A stretch of DNA of 64,000 nucleotides from Vitrella brassicaformis CCMP3155. Lineage: Eukaryota > Protista > Chromerida. Made by a program: the position numbers and the translations under genes. Below the pieces are notes generated by a model. It was not told the DNA's origin and did not search any database. It saw only the letters and a list, made by a program, of their open reading frames with translations. Positions 24,441 to 35,711 of the stretch are shown piece after piece (the first letter of the stretch is position 1; each line of letters begins with the position of its first letter). Where the stretch lies: contig CDMY01000973.1 in NCBI GenBank assembly GCA_001179505.1, positions 62,001 through 126,000 of the forward strand, given 5' to 3'.

Positions 24441-25819
24441 GGCACTCAACATCAGCAGCTTGGCTCATTCAACTGTGTCTCCTCGCCTGCCTGCATTTTT
24501 AAGGATGCGACGGCTCCACGACAGCAAGGGCTCCTCTCGTCCACAAGATCGTTAAGACATATGCCAGACCAGCAATGCAGGCAGGTGCATATCCGGCTGG
24601 GAGCTGACTGGCGAGGAGACCAAGTGCGTCAGCTGCCATTCAGGACGTTCAGGACGCTGATTGATGACCGACTTTGCAGCACCAAGGGCGGATAGAGGCA
24701 GGGAAGGGGGGAGAGAATGCTGGCCGTTCTTGTGTGTGTGTGAGCTTTGAATAGGTATATGCGGGTGTCTGTTGGATGTGCGGACGCTGCTGTGAAGCAC
24801 TTCCGTGGCCAGTTTCCGTCTCTGTGAGTGGGTGCGTCGTGATCGATCTTGTCTTGAGGTGCATCGCTTCTCTGTGTATGAGTCAGACACTGACACGTAT
24901 GCATTCATGAATGCTTCTACACCCATCCCGGTTCAACACGCACGTATCCATCGATCCATCGATCCACCCATCAGTAAGTGTCTGTCCGTTCCGACAGCTT
25001 GCTACGGGCCTTTCTCGGCAACACACACGCACACACATTGAGCCAGGCGCGCCTTTCAATACGCGAAGGCGCCAGCTCATGTGTGTCTGCATGAGGCGTG
25101 TTCAAAAACAGCAACATGGAGGGGAATTTGTAGCCAAAAGAAGGCGACAGCAATTAAAAATCAGCCATCCATCCGTCCATCCATCCATGTGTGTGCCGGA
25201 ATCCGAGTGTGAAAGCTATGCGCCTTGAGTGCCGCCAATCCATACAGGCAAGGTTCAGATCTGAACCATGACTGCCTATATCGGATGACCAGCATTGAAA
25301 GGCGAGTCACTCGGCGGGCGGGACAAAGACAACAAAAGAGAAAAAAGGGGCGACGAGACAGTGAAAGTGCATTTGCCTTATGTGTGCACCGGCCTCTCTC
25401 TTCTCTTGGTTTGGGGACAAACAGAACACAATGGCAGAGAGAAAGAGGGATCTGTCTATGGCCACCAGGTAAGTCATCAGAACGGCTGAAGGACGGGGGA
25501 GAGAGAGACTGCGTACGTGCTGCGGTGCGGAATATATGTCATGCTCGCCCCTTGCCGCCACACGCGTGCATTCACCCTTCCAGCCACCCATCCATCCAGC
25601 AAGCACATGACAACCAGGGGGCAAACAAAGAGAGAGAGAGAGAGAGAGAGAGGCCGGCCAGAACTGTGTTCTAGAACATTTGTCCACGCCACTCACCACT
25701 CGCATACACGTACACATGCTGCCTTTAACACTCACTCATACACACACGAATGGGTGGGTGCAATGATGGATGAGTGAGATTGTTCTATCTAGCGTCTCTC
25801 TGTCTGCCAGTCGATGTAG

Positions 25820-28800
25820 CTAGTTGTGCCCGCCGGCCGGTCGCGACGCACCACTGCTGGGCTGCGGCGGTGTCGAAAGAGCAGCAGCGGCAGCAGCAGC
25901 ACCTGCCGCCCCCCCAGCCTGCTCGCCGTTGGTGCCGGTGCTGTCATCGGGAGGAGGCGGTGCCGGGCCGGGGCCGTTCGCTGGCTCCAACGCTGAAGGA
26001 GAATGAAGGCAGGAGACCAGGGGATGCAATGCAATGAAAGAAATGGACCACACCCTTTGCCTCCCCTCTCCTCTCCTCCCCTCTCCTCTCCTCTCCTCTG
26101 ATCTCATCTCACTCACCTCGGGGCTGGATGGCAGTGAGTGCGATGCGAATGGCGCGTGCGGCCACGTTGAGGTCCTCACTTGTCACCGTGGCGTTGCGAC
26201 CGGCGGCTTGGCCGAGGAGGCGGCGCTGCGCGGGAGGCGACTGCAGTCATGCAAACATGAATGAATGAGGGAGGAGCTTTCCACTTCCGTGTCATGATGG
26301 ATATGCGCACCTTGCCACGGAGATTAATGACGTTGTTGATGTCGACCTCCAGGGGAATGCGACACTGGAAGAGGATCGAGTTTACCACTGCAGACACAGA
26401 CAGACAGACAGACACAGAGACAGAGAGACAGACACACAGACACACAGACAGACAGAGAAACCAAGTGCGTGCGAGGTCGTGTGTAATGTGAGGTTGATCT
26501 GCGTACACAGGACAGTTTTGCGGTTGCCCTCCAGTGAGTTGTCGTGACCCTGGGTGTTGTTCTCTGCAACACAGACGAGGCAAGAGGAGTGGGATGTGTG
26601 TGTGGGTGTGTGGGTATGTGGGGTATGCTGGCCTCTCTGTCTCCCTCTCTCATGCGGCCTACACGACACGTACCGTGGACGTAGACGAGCAGACTCTCCC
26701 TGACCTCAGCAATGTCCTCCACGGATAGCTTGTCTGGAGACGGGAGCTTGATCTGATGGATGGATGGATGGATAAATGGATAAATGGATAAATGGACGGA
26801 GAATGACACGGATACATGGATATGGGGGCTGGCTGTACCTTGAGTTGGCCGAGCGTCGCTAGAGTCGTGGAGTCTATGTCGAGCGATGCCTACATAAATA
26901 CACGAAGAGAACCGGACTTGCATGTGTGTGTGTATGTGGGGGGTGGCTCCTGTCAATTGGTTCCTGCTCACCTTCTGTGTCGATGCATCCTCTGCCCCCT
27001 CACCATCAGCCCTATATCCGCAGAGCCATCACACACAGCCAGAGGTGGATGTGCGGGTGTGTGTGAGTGGGTGCATTCATGCCTGTGTTGGCTGCTCACC
27101 CTCCTGCCGCCGTGGTGGTGGAGTCTCTGGCCTTCATCTCGATGATGCACAGACACGCCCACGAGTCGACGATCTCCTGCTCATCGACCTGAGCCGACGC
27201 AGCAAACTGCACACGCCCAAGCACAAGCACAGAAGGGTTGGTCATTCAGATATCCAGAGTGTGGCTGGCTGACTGCACTCACCTTCAACTCAGAGTCCTC
27301 ATTGAACGCCTCTCGTTCTGCTTCTACTTGGCCCTCGCCGCCTCCCTGCCCCTCTGCAGATGTCTCACCGCCATTTGCTACCCCATCTCCCTCTCCGCCG
27401 TCCCCTGCCCCAACACCACCCCCACTCCCACCGGCAGCAGCAGCAGCAGCGCTGTCATCCACGTCCCACTCCGACCATGCCAGGTGGAGGCGGGTGGCAC
27501 CCACGGGATGGTTGAAGACGTGCTCTTTCCCGGCCCTCCTTCCCATGGGCCTGGCGGTGGGGCTGCTGGCCACCTCCTCGTTGTGGTTTATGTCCTTCTC
27601 TGTGCCGGGGAAGAAAGAGCCGGGCTGTGCGGTAGAGGAGGCTTGGAAGTATGAATCGATGGGCTCCTTGTCATCCTCGCTCTCCTCCTCGTCCTCGCCC
27701 TCCTCTTCTTCCTTGTCCTGCTCTGCCTGGTGGTCGCCCTCCTTGTGGTGCTCCGTATCGTGGCCGCCCTCCTTGTGCTGCTCTGTGTTGCGGTCGCCCT
27801 CCATGCCCTCACCCTCCTCGTAGATGAAGGTGATCTCCGCCCCATGAAGGGGGTGGATGCCCGACACGCGGAGGTTGCCGTGGGGCTCAGGCGCCTCCAG
27901 GTACCACTCGCACACACTCTCGCCGCGGGGGATGGTCTCGGCGCAGCTGTTGTTGGTCTGGATGGACGTTGCACGGCCGACGACTCTGATGGACTTGAGG
28001 GGTGCGGGAAAGCTGGTGAGCGGGGGAGTGTGGTCCACTCTAAGGACAACCGTCGCGCCATGCACCCTGAACAGACAGCACATGCAGAAAGGATAGATGG
28101 TCAGGATGGATGGTCAGATGGATGGATGGATGAAAAGGTGTGTGGGTTTGGACTCACTCAATTTCGGTCGTATTGAGTTCAAAACCGAGTATGAGGTCAA
28201 TGATGCGGCTCCCCTCGGCCAGCTTCGTCGCATCTGCCGAGGTCACCGACGCCCATGCATCTGGGAGAATGGTGAAAGTCTAATGCCCACACACAAACGC
28301 ACAGACAGACATGCGTCCAAGCGTGTGGACGTGTGTCTTTCGCTTCGGCCAACATCCATGCACCCACCTGAGTGAGTTGATCGTATTTGGTGACCTCGTA
28401 CAGGTGCCTGTCGGGGCTAAGGTCCATGAAGTGGTACTCTCTCCTACCGAAGTCGCCATGGATGGCTAGCCCCCCTCCTCCCCCCGCCCACGCTCCCGCC
28501 GCCGCCGTCGCCGCCCCCGATGTTGCTGGCCGCGCCACAAACTTAGCAGACGAGGGGGACTTGGTGACTCCCGGGAGCTTGAGGGGCTCTTCGAGGTCGA
28601 TGGCCCCCGCCCGTAGCCGGCATGTGGCTTTGACGCTGACGCTTTCGATGCCCCACCCCTTCTCAGCTATGAAGTCAAGCAGCTCGGTCCCGGTCCTCTC
28701 GTTGAGCCGCTTTCCTATTCCCTTCATCATTGTGAGCGGCTGGATGAAAACATCGTAGTCGAGCGCTATGGAGTCGAACTTTGTGTGTGGGTCAGCTGAT

Positions 28801-29990
28801 GGTGAAGGGTATGGGGGAGGGGGAGGCGTGATGCCGTGGACGTATGGGTGGGGCTTCATGGGGGCTGATGCGTTGGGGTTGCGGGTTGCAGGGGTGTGTG
28901 TGTGTGTGAGGGCTGCGCCGGGGTGCCAGTGGGGAGGTGGGGAGGGGGCGGAGGGGGCGGAGGGGGAGGGCGGGCAGCCATGGTCTGCACACCAACACAC
29001 ACACACACGCAAATGGGTACATAGGCTTTCTGGTGGGTATTGATTGCCCTTGCTGCCACACTTACCTGGTTGTGAGTGTATTGGTTGGGTGGTGCATAGG
29101 GATTGAATGCTGGCGGGCCCTGGTTGTTGGTCATCCACTGCACCAGCCAAAACAAGACACATCCATGTGCGTATGCGATTGGTCAGTGTTTGTGCATCTG
29201 ATGTGTGTGTGTCCGCCCACTGACCGCATTGGCAGGTCCAGGGAACATCGGCGGAGTGTACATCTGCAGGTGAAATGCGGCACACATAGGAAAAACACAC
29301 GACCATTCACACGATACAGGACAAGTCGCCTTCTATCGTTGCTCACCGTATTGGTCTGCGCGTGGGCGTTTTGGAACTGTAGCGACGTCTGCAGCCCTCG
29401 CTCTCGCCCTTGACCACCGCCGCCGGCGCCACCACCAACAATACCCTGACCACACAATACAACACCGCAACACGCCACATCCATCCATCCAAGGTCGCTC
29501 CCATCCACCTTTCCCCTTACCATCTGCCCCCGTCCATTGGCTATCTGCTGTCCGTGTTGTTGTTGTTGCAGTGGGGGTCCAGGAGGCCCCATCCCAGCTA
29601 TGCTCTGAGCAGAGACATGACAGAGAGCATCCCGCAGAAGCATCCCATCCCATCCCATCCCATCCATCCATCCATCCACCTTGCCCGCTCTCCTGTCATT
29701 GCATACCTGATTGCTGCCACTTGCTGCCACAGCGGCCGCCGTTTGCATCACCTGGTGCACCTGCTGCTGTGCCGCACCGGGTGTGGATGAATGCTGTGAG
29801 GAGAAAGAGATTGAGAGGATGGCTGATGGAGAAGATCCCTTTGCCTCATGGAGTGGGCGTTTCCTACCGATTGAGTGTTGCCCGCAGAGGCAGGCGTGAG
29901 CGGCCTTGTAGGGGCGCCGCCCTGCTGCGGGTTGGGGTACATCTTATCGAGGCCTTCAAAGTCGCTAAGGCGCCGCAAACGTTGGAACAC
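25820..29990 (-). CDS. Large hypothetical protein: Gln/Pro-rich N-terminus, globular middle, acidic insert; more than 10 exons
   Basis: Chain of open exons (MYPNPQQGG.., FDSIALDYDVFIQPL.., CEWYLEAPEPHG.., NSILFQCRIPLEVDINNVINLRGKVRISIM.., ends PAGGHN*); no family recognised. Confidence 0.6.
27715..27805 (-). repeat. Degenerate 30-nt coding tandem repeat (EGDRNTEQHK / EGGHDTEHHK / EGDHQAEQDK)
   Basis: Visible in ORF 27181-28083. Confidence 0.7.
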
Positions 29991-30275
29991 GTGCTACGCA
30001 CGTAGGGAAGGGGAATTTGCCCTCACGTCATTGTGTTGTCATCCGAAACACGTTCATTCAACGAAAGCTCCAAATGCGAGCTTGGTAAACTCTCTCTGCC
30101 TTCGATTCCCCCCCCGTCAAAGTGGCGTGCGACGCCCACAGCAGCAGCAACGACAGAAGAGCAGCAACAGCAACAGCGACACCCCGTCGGCGTGAAGCGG
30201 AGTGCGGCAGTCCCCCGGCTCCCCGCGCCATTCGTGACTTCTTATTCCCCTACGTGTTCCCGTAGCAGCGCCGCC

Positions 30276-33008
30276 ATGACAGAGGTCCCCATCCTCACCA
30301 CCCCGAGCGGCAGGCAGGTCCCACTGCCATATAAGTTGGGTAGAGGCTCGCGGGCCATCGTCAGGGGCGGATTTGTCGACAACTGCTATAGGGCCTTCAA
30401 GGTCGCCACGGAGCCCCAGCCGGACGACAGCACGGCCAATGGAGTGTGGAGGGTGGCCTGCGAGGAAATGACTGTGGAGGTGGAGAGGATGGCCACGATA
30501 CAGGCCATGAGGGAGGAGAGGAACGGCCAGCGCGCGTCGGTGAGGCCTTTTCTGCGGCTCTTTTCGGCCGCCACGCGCCCTGACGATGGCGCCACATACC
30601 AGGAGTCGCCCAGCAAGCCGCCAAGGCGGTGCGTGTACATAGAAATGCAGCCTCTCAACGGTGAGCATGAAAAGAGGGAGGACAACAAAGTTCCATCCCA
30701 TGGAATTTGTATTCAATGGCCTTTTTCTGTGTCCTCTTTGTCATCAGGCCCCGACACCCCCGCCACCACCGGCTACATCAGCCTGCACGACCTCATCTTC
30801 AAGAAGGGCTACAACCTGCCGGAGATCACGGCCAAGCACAAAGGCAACCCCGAGATCATCCTGCGGCGGGTCACCCGCCTCGCCCGAGCCCTCCAGTGGG
30901 CGGCCGCAACGCTCAAGCGTGCGCTGGAGGAGGACGGGTTGGTCTGCCCCGACCACGGGCTGAACAACGTCTTCGTCAACTCGGTAGCCCTCGACTGCAC
31001 CAACCGCACCGACACGTTCATCATAGACCTGGCCAACACGCTCCACACCAGCCCCCCAGGCCCCTCCATGTGCAGTGATGACGGCACCATCCCCAGCCCG
31101 CCCCCCTCCCACCGTCCAGCTGCACTCATTCCCACCAAGAGGGCTGCCAGGAAGGCGGAGAAGCAGCTGCCGACCTTCATTAAATTCCACGCCGCCCCAG
31201 AGCAGCTCGCCTTCCTGGTGCAGACCCTCAAGGAGAACCCGACGGGCCAGGACGTCCAGGAGTGGGGCGGCGATGCCATCGAGAGGCCGGGCATGTGGGA
31301 GTCCATCAACGGGCTCAGCAACGAAGCGCGGGCAGAGCTGCGCCAGCAGGGCCTGTGGGTGGGGGAGGGCAGCAGGGAGGGCATGTGGATGACGAGCCAC
31401 ACGCTGGCCTTCAACCTCGGGTGCACGGCACACAACGCCATCAGGGGGGAGCTATATAGCACCCCGCTGCTGGCCAAGAGGTGCCCCAAGCCGCCACAGA
31501 AGCCCCCCAAAAACGCCACCGAGGCCGAGAAGACGGCCTATGACCAGCAGCTGGAGGCATTCGGGCAGGAGGTCAACGTCCTGCAGGCCATGGTCTCCCT
31601 GGACTGGGACCGAGTGCGCCGCGCCATCATGGACCAGGAGGGCCACCCGAAGGGCGGCAAGCCGGGGCTGAAGGAGGCCAAGGACGAGCCGGGGCTGGAG
31701 TGGGCAGGGGAAGCTGTCAGGCGCCTGAACCACGCAGCAGAGAGAGCCCTGCGGACCAAGATTAGCGAGAGGGCGAGCCTGAGTGAGCTTGAGGGGGAGT
31801 TTGCCGGCGTGGTGGAATACCTGGAGGGGGTCAAGAAGGCCAAAGCGGGCGACAGCCCAGCAGCAGCGGCGTCGCTGCCGTCGACGGCCGCCTCGCCCGA
31901 GGGTGCCCACTGCACCACCCCACCCGCACCCCCACCCGCGAGCGCCTCACCGCCAGTCGCCAACGCCACCCCATCGCAAGGCCGTGCTGTGATTAGCCCC
32001 CAGCCCGCCAGTAGAGGTATGCAAGAAGGAGAATATGACAGACACGCGGGACAGGGTCGCCATTTCTCGGTCAGTGTCATACTTATCTTCTCTTCTCTTG
32101 TGCGTGTGTTGCGTTCACGCAGGTAGCGTGTTGTCGTTTGAAGAGAGGCAGGAGGCCGCCGTCACGCACGAGAGGGGGGAGGAGGACAGAAGCGGACGCC
32201 CACTCAACACACAGGAGCAGCATCCCCACGCACACACCCCTCCCATCCAGCAGCAGGAGACGGCCACAGCAGCGCCACCACCACCACCACAACCACCGAG
32301 GAGGAAGGACACGTCGCCAGCACCTTTAGCGGCCGCCATTCCATCGCAGGCCGGTGCTGTGAATAGCCGCCATGCTGACCAGGGTATGCCTCAGGGTAGC
32401 CAGTGGTCGGTCAGTGCAATCAGTGACATGCATCTGCTCTTATGCTCTATGTATGTGTGTTGCGTGCAGATGCCGGTCAGGTGGCTGTGTTTGAGCAGAC
32501 TGACGAGAGGGAGGAGGGCACCCCAGACGCCAGAGAGCCATCTGTCCCTGCTGCCCCAGACGTGCACCACACGCCCATCCCACCACGAGCCCCCGATGGC
32601 CACCACCGGCCAGCACCAGCGGCACCACCACCACAACCACCGAGGAGGAAGGCCACCCTGCTCAAGGACATCAAGGCCGCACAGAAGGCCAGAGCGGCAC
32701 CACGCCAACTTCCTCGAGCAAACGGCATTCCCGCCCACCACCTCCCCTATGTGGCCTACCATGCCAAGATCGTCCACTACGACGGGCACACGGAGGGGGG
32801 GTGGAAGTGGAATCCGTTGGTCGACGAGTGGGAGATGTGGCAGCCCAGTGGGGAGGGCGAGCACTTGTGGGAGGTCCGTGCAGCCACGCAGGACATGCGG
32901 GTGAGGTGGTGGGCCCTCTGCAGCGACGTGGGCGAGACGGCTGCGGCTGCAGGGCAGTGGGTAGCGGGTCGTTTGGGGCTGGGTTGCCGCACCGCCCGCC
33001 GCACTTGA
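30276..33008 (+). CDS. Intact divergent protein kinase K2 with Pro-rich duplicated tail exons and a Trp-rich C-terminus
   Basis: KLGRGSRAIVRGG (Gly loop), AFKVA (beta3 Lys), EEMTVE (alphaC), VCPDHGLNNVFV (catalytic D and N kept), FIIDLAN, FHAAPEQL; 87-nt stopless intron at 30661-30747; ends RTARRT* at 33008. Confidence 0.8.
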
Positions 33009-33544
33009 GAGACAGACAGACAGACAGACATGCATGTGTGTATGGGGAGTGCATGCGTGTTTCTGATGATGTGTCGTATTTTTTGTCATGGCTGCCGGGG
33101 GCGGGACGAGTGTTGGCGGGGCGTGTTTTCCTGGCGGAATGGGGGCGGATGGTGGTGTGCGTGAGGTTGCTGACGGGTCTGGGGGTGTGGGTGACGTTGA
33201 AGATGGCGACGAGTTCGACTTGGAGGGCAAAGGGCGAGCGGCAGCGGTGGCAGTCGCAGTAATCATCGTCGTTGTTGGGCTGCGGGGGCGGCCCTCGTCG
33301 ACCGATAGCTCTTCTTTGGCACGCTCTTGAGGGTACGCATGCACAGAGAGGCGACATGTATTCGGGCGTGGAGAAGTGTGTGTGTGTGTGTGTATACGCG
33401 TGTTGTGCGCGGTGCAGGTGTGTTTGGGTTACAGCTACCTGTGCATCTGCACGTTCATCGAGTCGTGCGTTTTCTTCCTAGCGTCCATCTTCCTCAAAAG
33501 ACACATCTGACGAACAAGGCGTTCTGCGTGCCGCCGACATTCCT

Positions 33545-34954
33545 TTGGTAGCCATTGACCCCCGAGAGCATCCAACAAACCCTCCACACGCTGGCCCTCC
33601 CCCCGGCCAGTCGCTCTCTTTCGATCCAGCCTTCTTCGGCATCCCGCAAGCCGTCCAGAACGCCCATGCAGCGCTGCTCTTGGCCCCCCCAGCACCACAG
33701 CCCGACCAATTGGCTCACACTGCCGCTGTCTTACCCTGCACCACAGTGATGGAGGAGGTCGAGGACATCAGCGGCCGACTCGCCCACCACGTGCCGGCCA
33801 GGCAGGCGCTCAACATCACCGATCCGACGGCATTCATCGACAGCGGCTGCTCAGCTAACGTCGTGCACAAGAGGGAGCTCTTCGACACGTCCACGCTGCG
33901 GCCTTCCACCCAACGCTTCCAGCTAGCCAAGGAGGGCAGCTCGGTCACGGCGGGCGGTGAGGGCATTGTCAAGATGACGGTGCGGGACGACCAGGGCAAC
34001 TGGATCAGGGTGTGGGTGTATGCTCATCTGGTGGAGGAGTGCCCCCTGACCCTTCTGTGGCAGAACTCGGGCATCGGCTTCCTCAGAAGCGCGAAGAGCG
34101 CGGAGCGGGCACTGCTGTGGTGGCAGAGCAGCACGCAGATCAAGAAAGTCATGGTCACCAAGCAGCTCAACACCTACTACCTGACCTTCCAGCCTGACAC
34201 GTCCACCACACCCCTGCCGCCTCCAGACAAGAAGACGCAGTACATCGTCGAGCGCGGCATCATTCCCATCACCCTTTCTCTGTCAACCAGCCCTCGCCTC
34301 ATCAACAGCCTCAAAGCCCTGCCTTCCCTCCCCCGTCTGCCACCCTCTGTGGCCACTCGTCATGACCCCAGCATGGACGACATCATGCTGACCATCAACA
34401 ATGCCATCGACAGAAATGCCGACGACCCTCCCCCACTCACCGGCCCTGACGCACCCATACCAGCACCGGGTGACCCAACACCACAACCAAGCCAGTCGTC
34501 TGGCGCGCCTGGATCCAGTGGGGATGGTCTGCTTGGTGGAGCACGTGACGCCGCTGGGGGCGGACTGACGGATGGATGTGATGCGGATGAGCGTGACGGT
34601 GGTGGAGACGATGACGATGGAGATGACGGCCATGGCGGCTGCGGAGTGAGCTTCAATGTCAACGGGGAGCTCCGTGTGTCGCTCAAGACTGAGCTCAACC
34701 ACCCCCTCAACCTCACCACACCCTTCTCCCTCCGTCCAGGCACCAACCTGCCCATGTCCGGCCCTCTGTCCATCGTCCGGCAGCTCAGCGACAAAAGCAC
34801 TCATCTGGGTGGGGGCGCCGCGCCCGGCAGCGAGCTCTTCTCACACTCGGGCGGAGGCAACGCCGTCCCGTCCTGTCGGGACACCTGTCAACCAGATCAC
34901 TCTTCAGGGTATGCGACCAGCCGGATGTTTCCTGTGCATGCGGTCACTGTGTGA
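33545..34954 (+). mobile_element. Intronless ORF with a Ty1/copia-type aspartic protease domain; no integrase, RT or LTRs seen
   Basis: AFIDSGCSANVVHKRELF..L....F.LA...SV...GEG.V matches the copia pol protease pattern (DSG[AC]S..M....LF..GxGxV); flanked by low-complexity Pro/Gly sequence. Confidence 0.7.
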
Positions 34955-35711
34955 TTGTGTGTTATGTGCAGGTGTTGTTGAATCTGCTGGCAGTCCACTC
35001 GATCGCCATCTACGTGGTCTTCTACCTCCCCCCGTCGCTGCTGCGAGTGACCTGCCCAGACCTCCCAGTGCGGATACTCAGATGGTCGAGCACACCCCCA
35101 GCCCACGCCCTCTCACTTGAATGGACGCGCTGAGCATCCCCCTGGTCATGCCCAACACAACAGCCACCATACCCCTGCACAGCATTGAGCCCGAGAGCAG
35201 CGACAGTGCGCCTGTGGTTCCCCACTGATTGCGAGTCGCGTTGCGTCTGCGGCGCACCTGTCATCCCTCGTCGACCCATGCCTCGTCGACCCCACGGGTG
35301 ATCCGCATCAGCACACTAGCCCTCAGGCGCATGCTCGAAGAGCAGAGGGGCCAGCGAAAGGCCTCTGGTGTGGTGGAGACACAAGGGGCGGGGGGGTGAG
35401 CAGCAAGGTGGGGCGCTGTGGACAGGGACTGCTACACCATCTGATGAAGAGCGAGTACATGATCTTCAGGGACACCTAACAGCACCACCACCAGCGCGTC
35501 CAGCCCCCCTTCGCTGCCCATTTCATCCCCAACCCAACTGGTATTACGCTAACGTCGGGCTCGAGACGGACCGACGCGGGCGGACAGCCGAGGAGTGGCC
35601 GCATGGTCAGACACACACACACACACACACACACACAGCCAGCAGAGAAAGACATATGGATAAAAGTCTCATGTGTCCGTGTTTGTGCCCCGTTCTCTCG
35701 GTCTGTGTAGG

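Noticed and set aside
33088-35400. LTRs or target-site duplications around the copia protease
   Set aside because: Only a short CCTCGTCGACC match recurs (~33292, ~35267, ~35281); no TG...CA long direct repeats, PBS or PPT found by eye.
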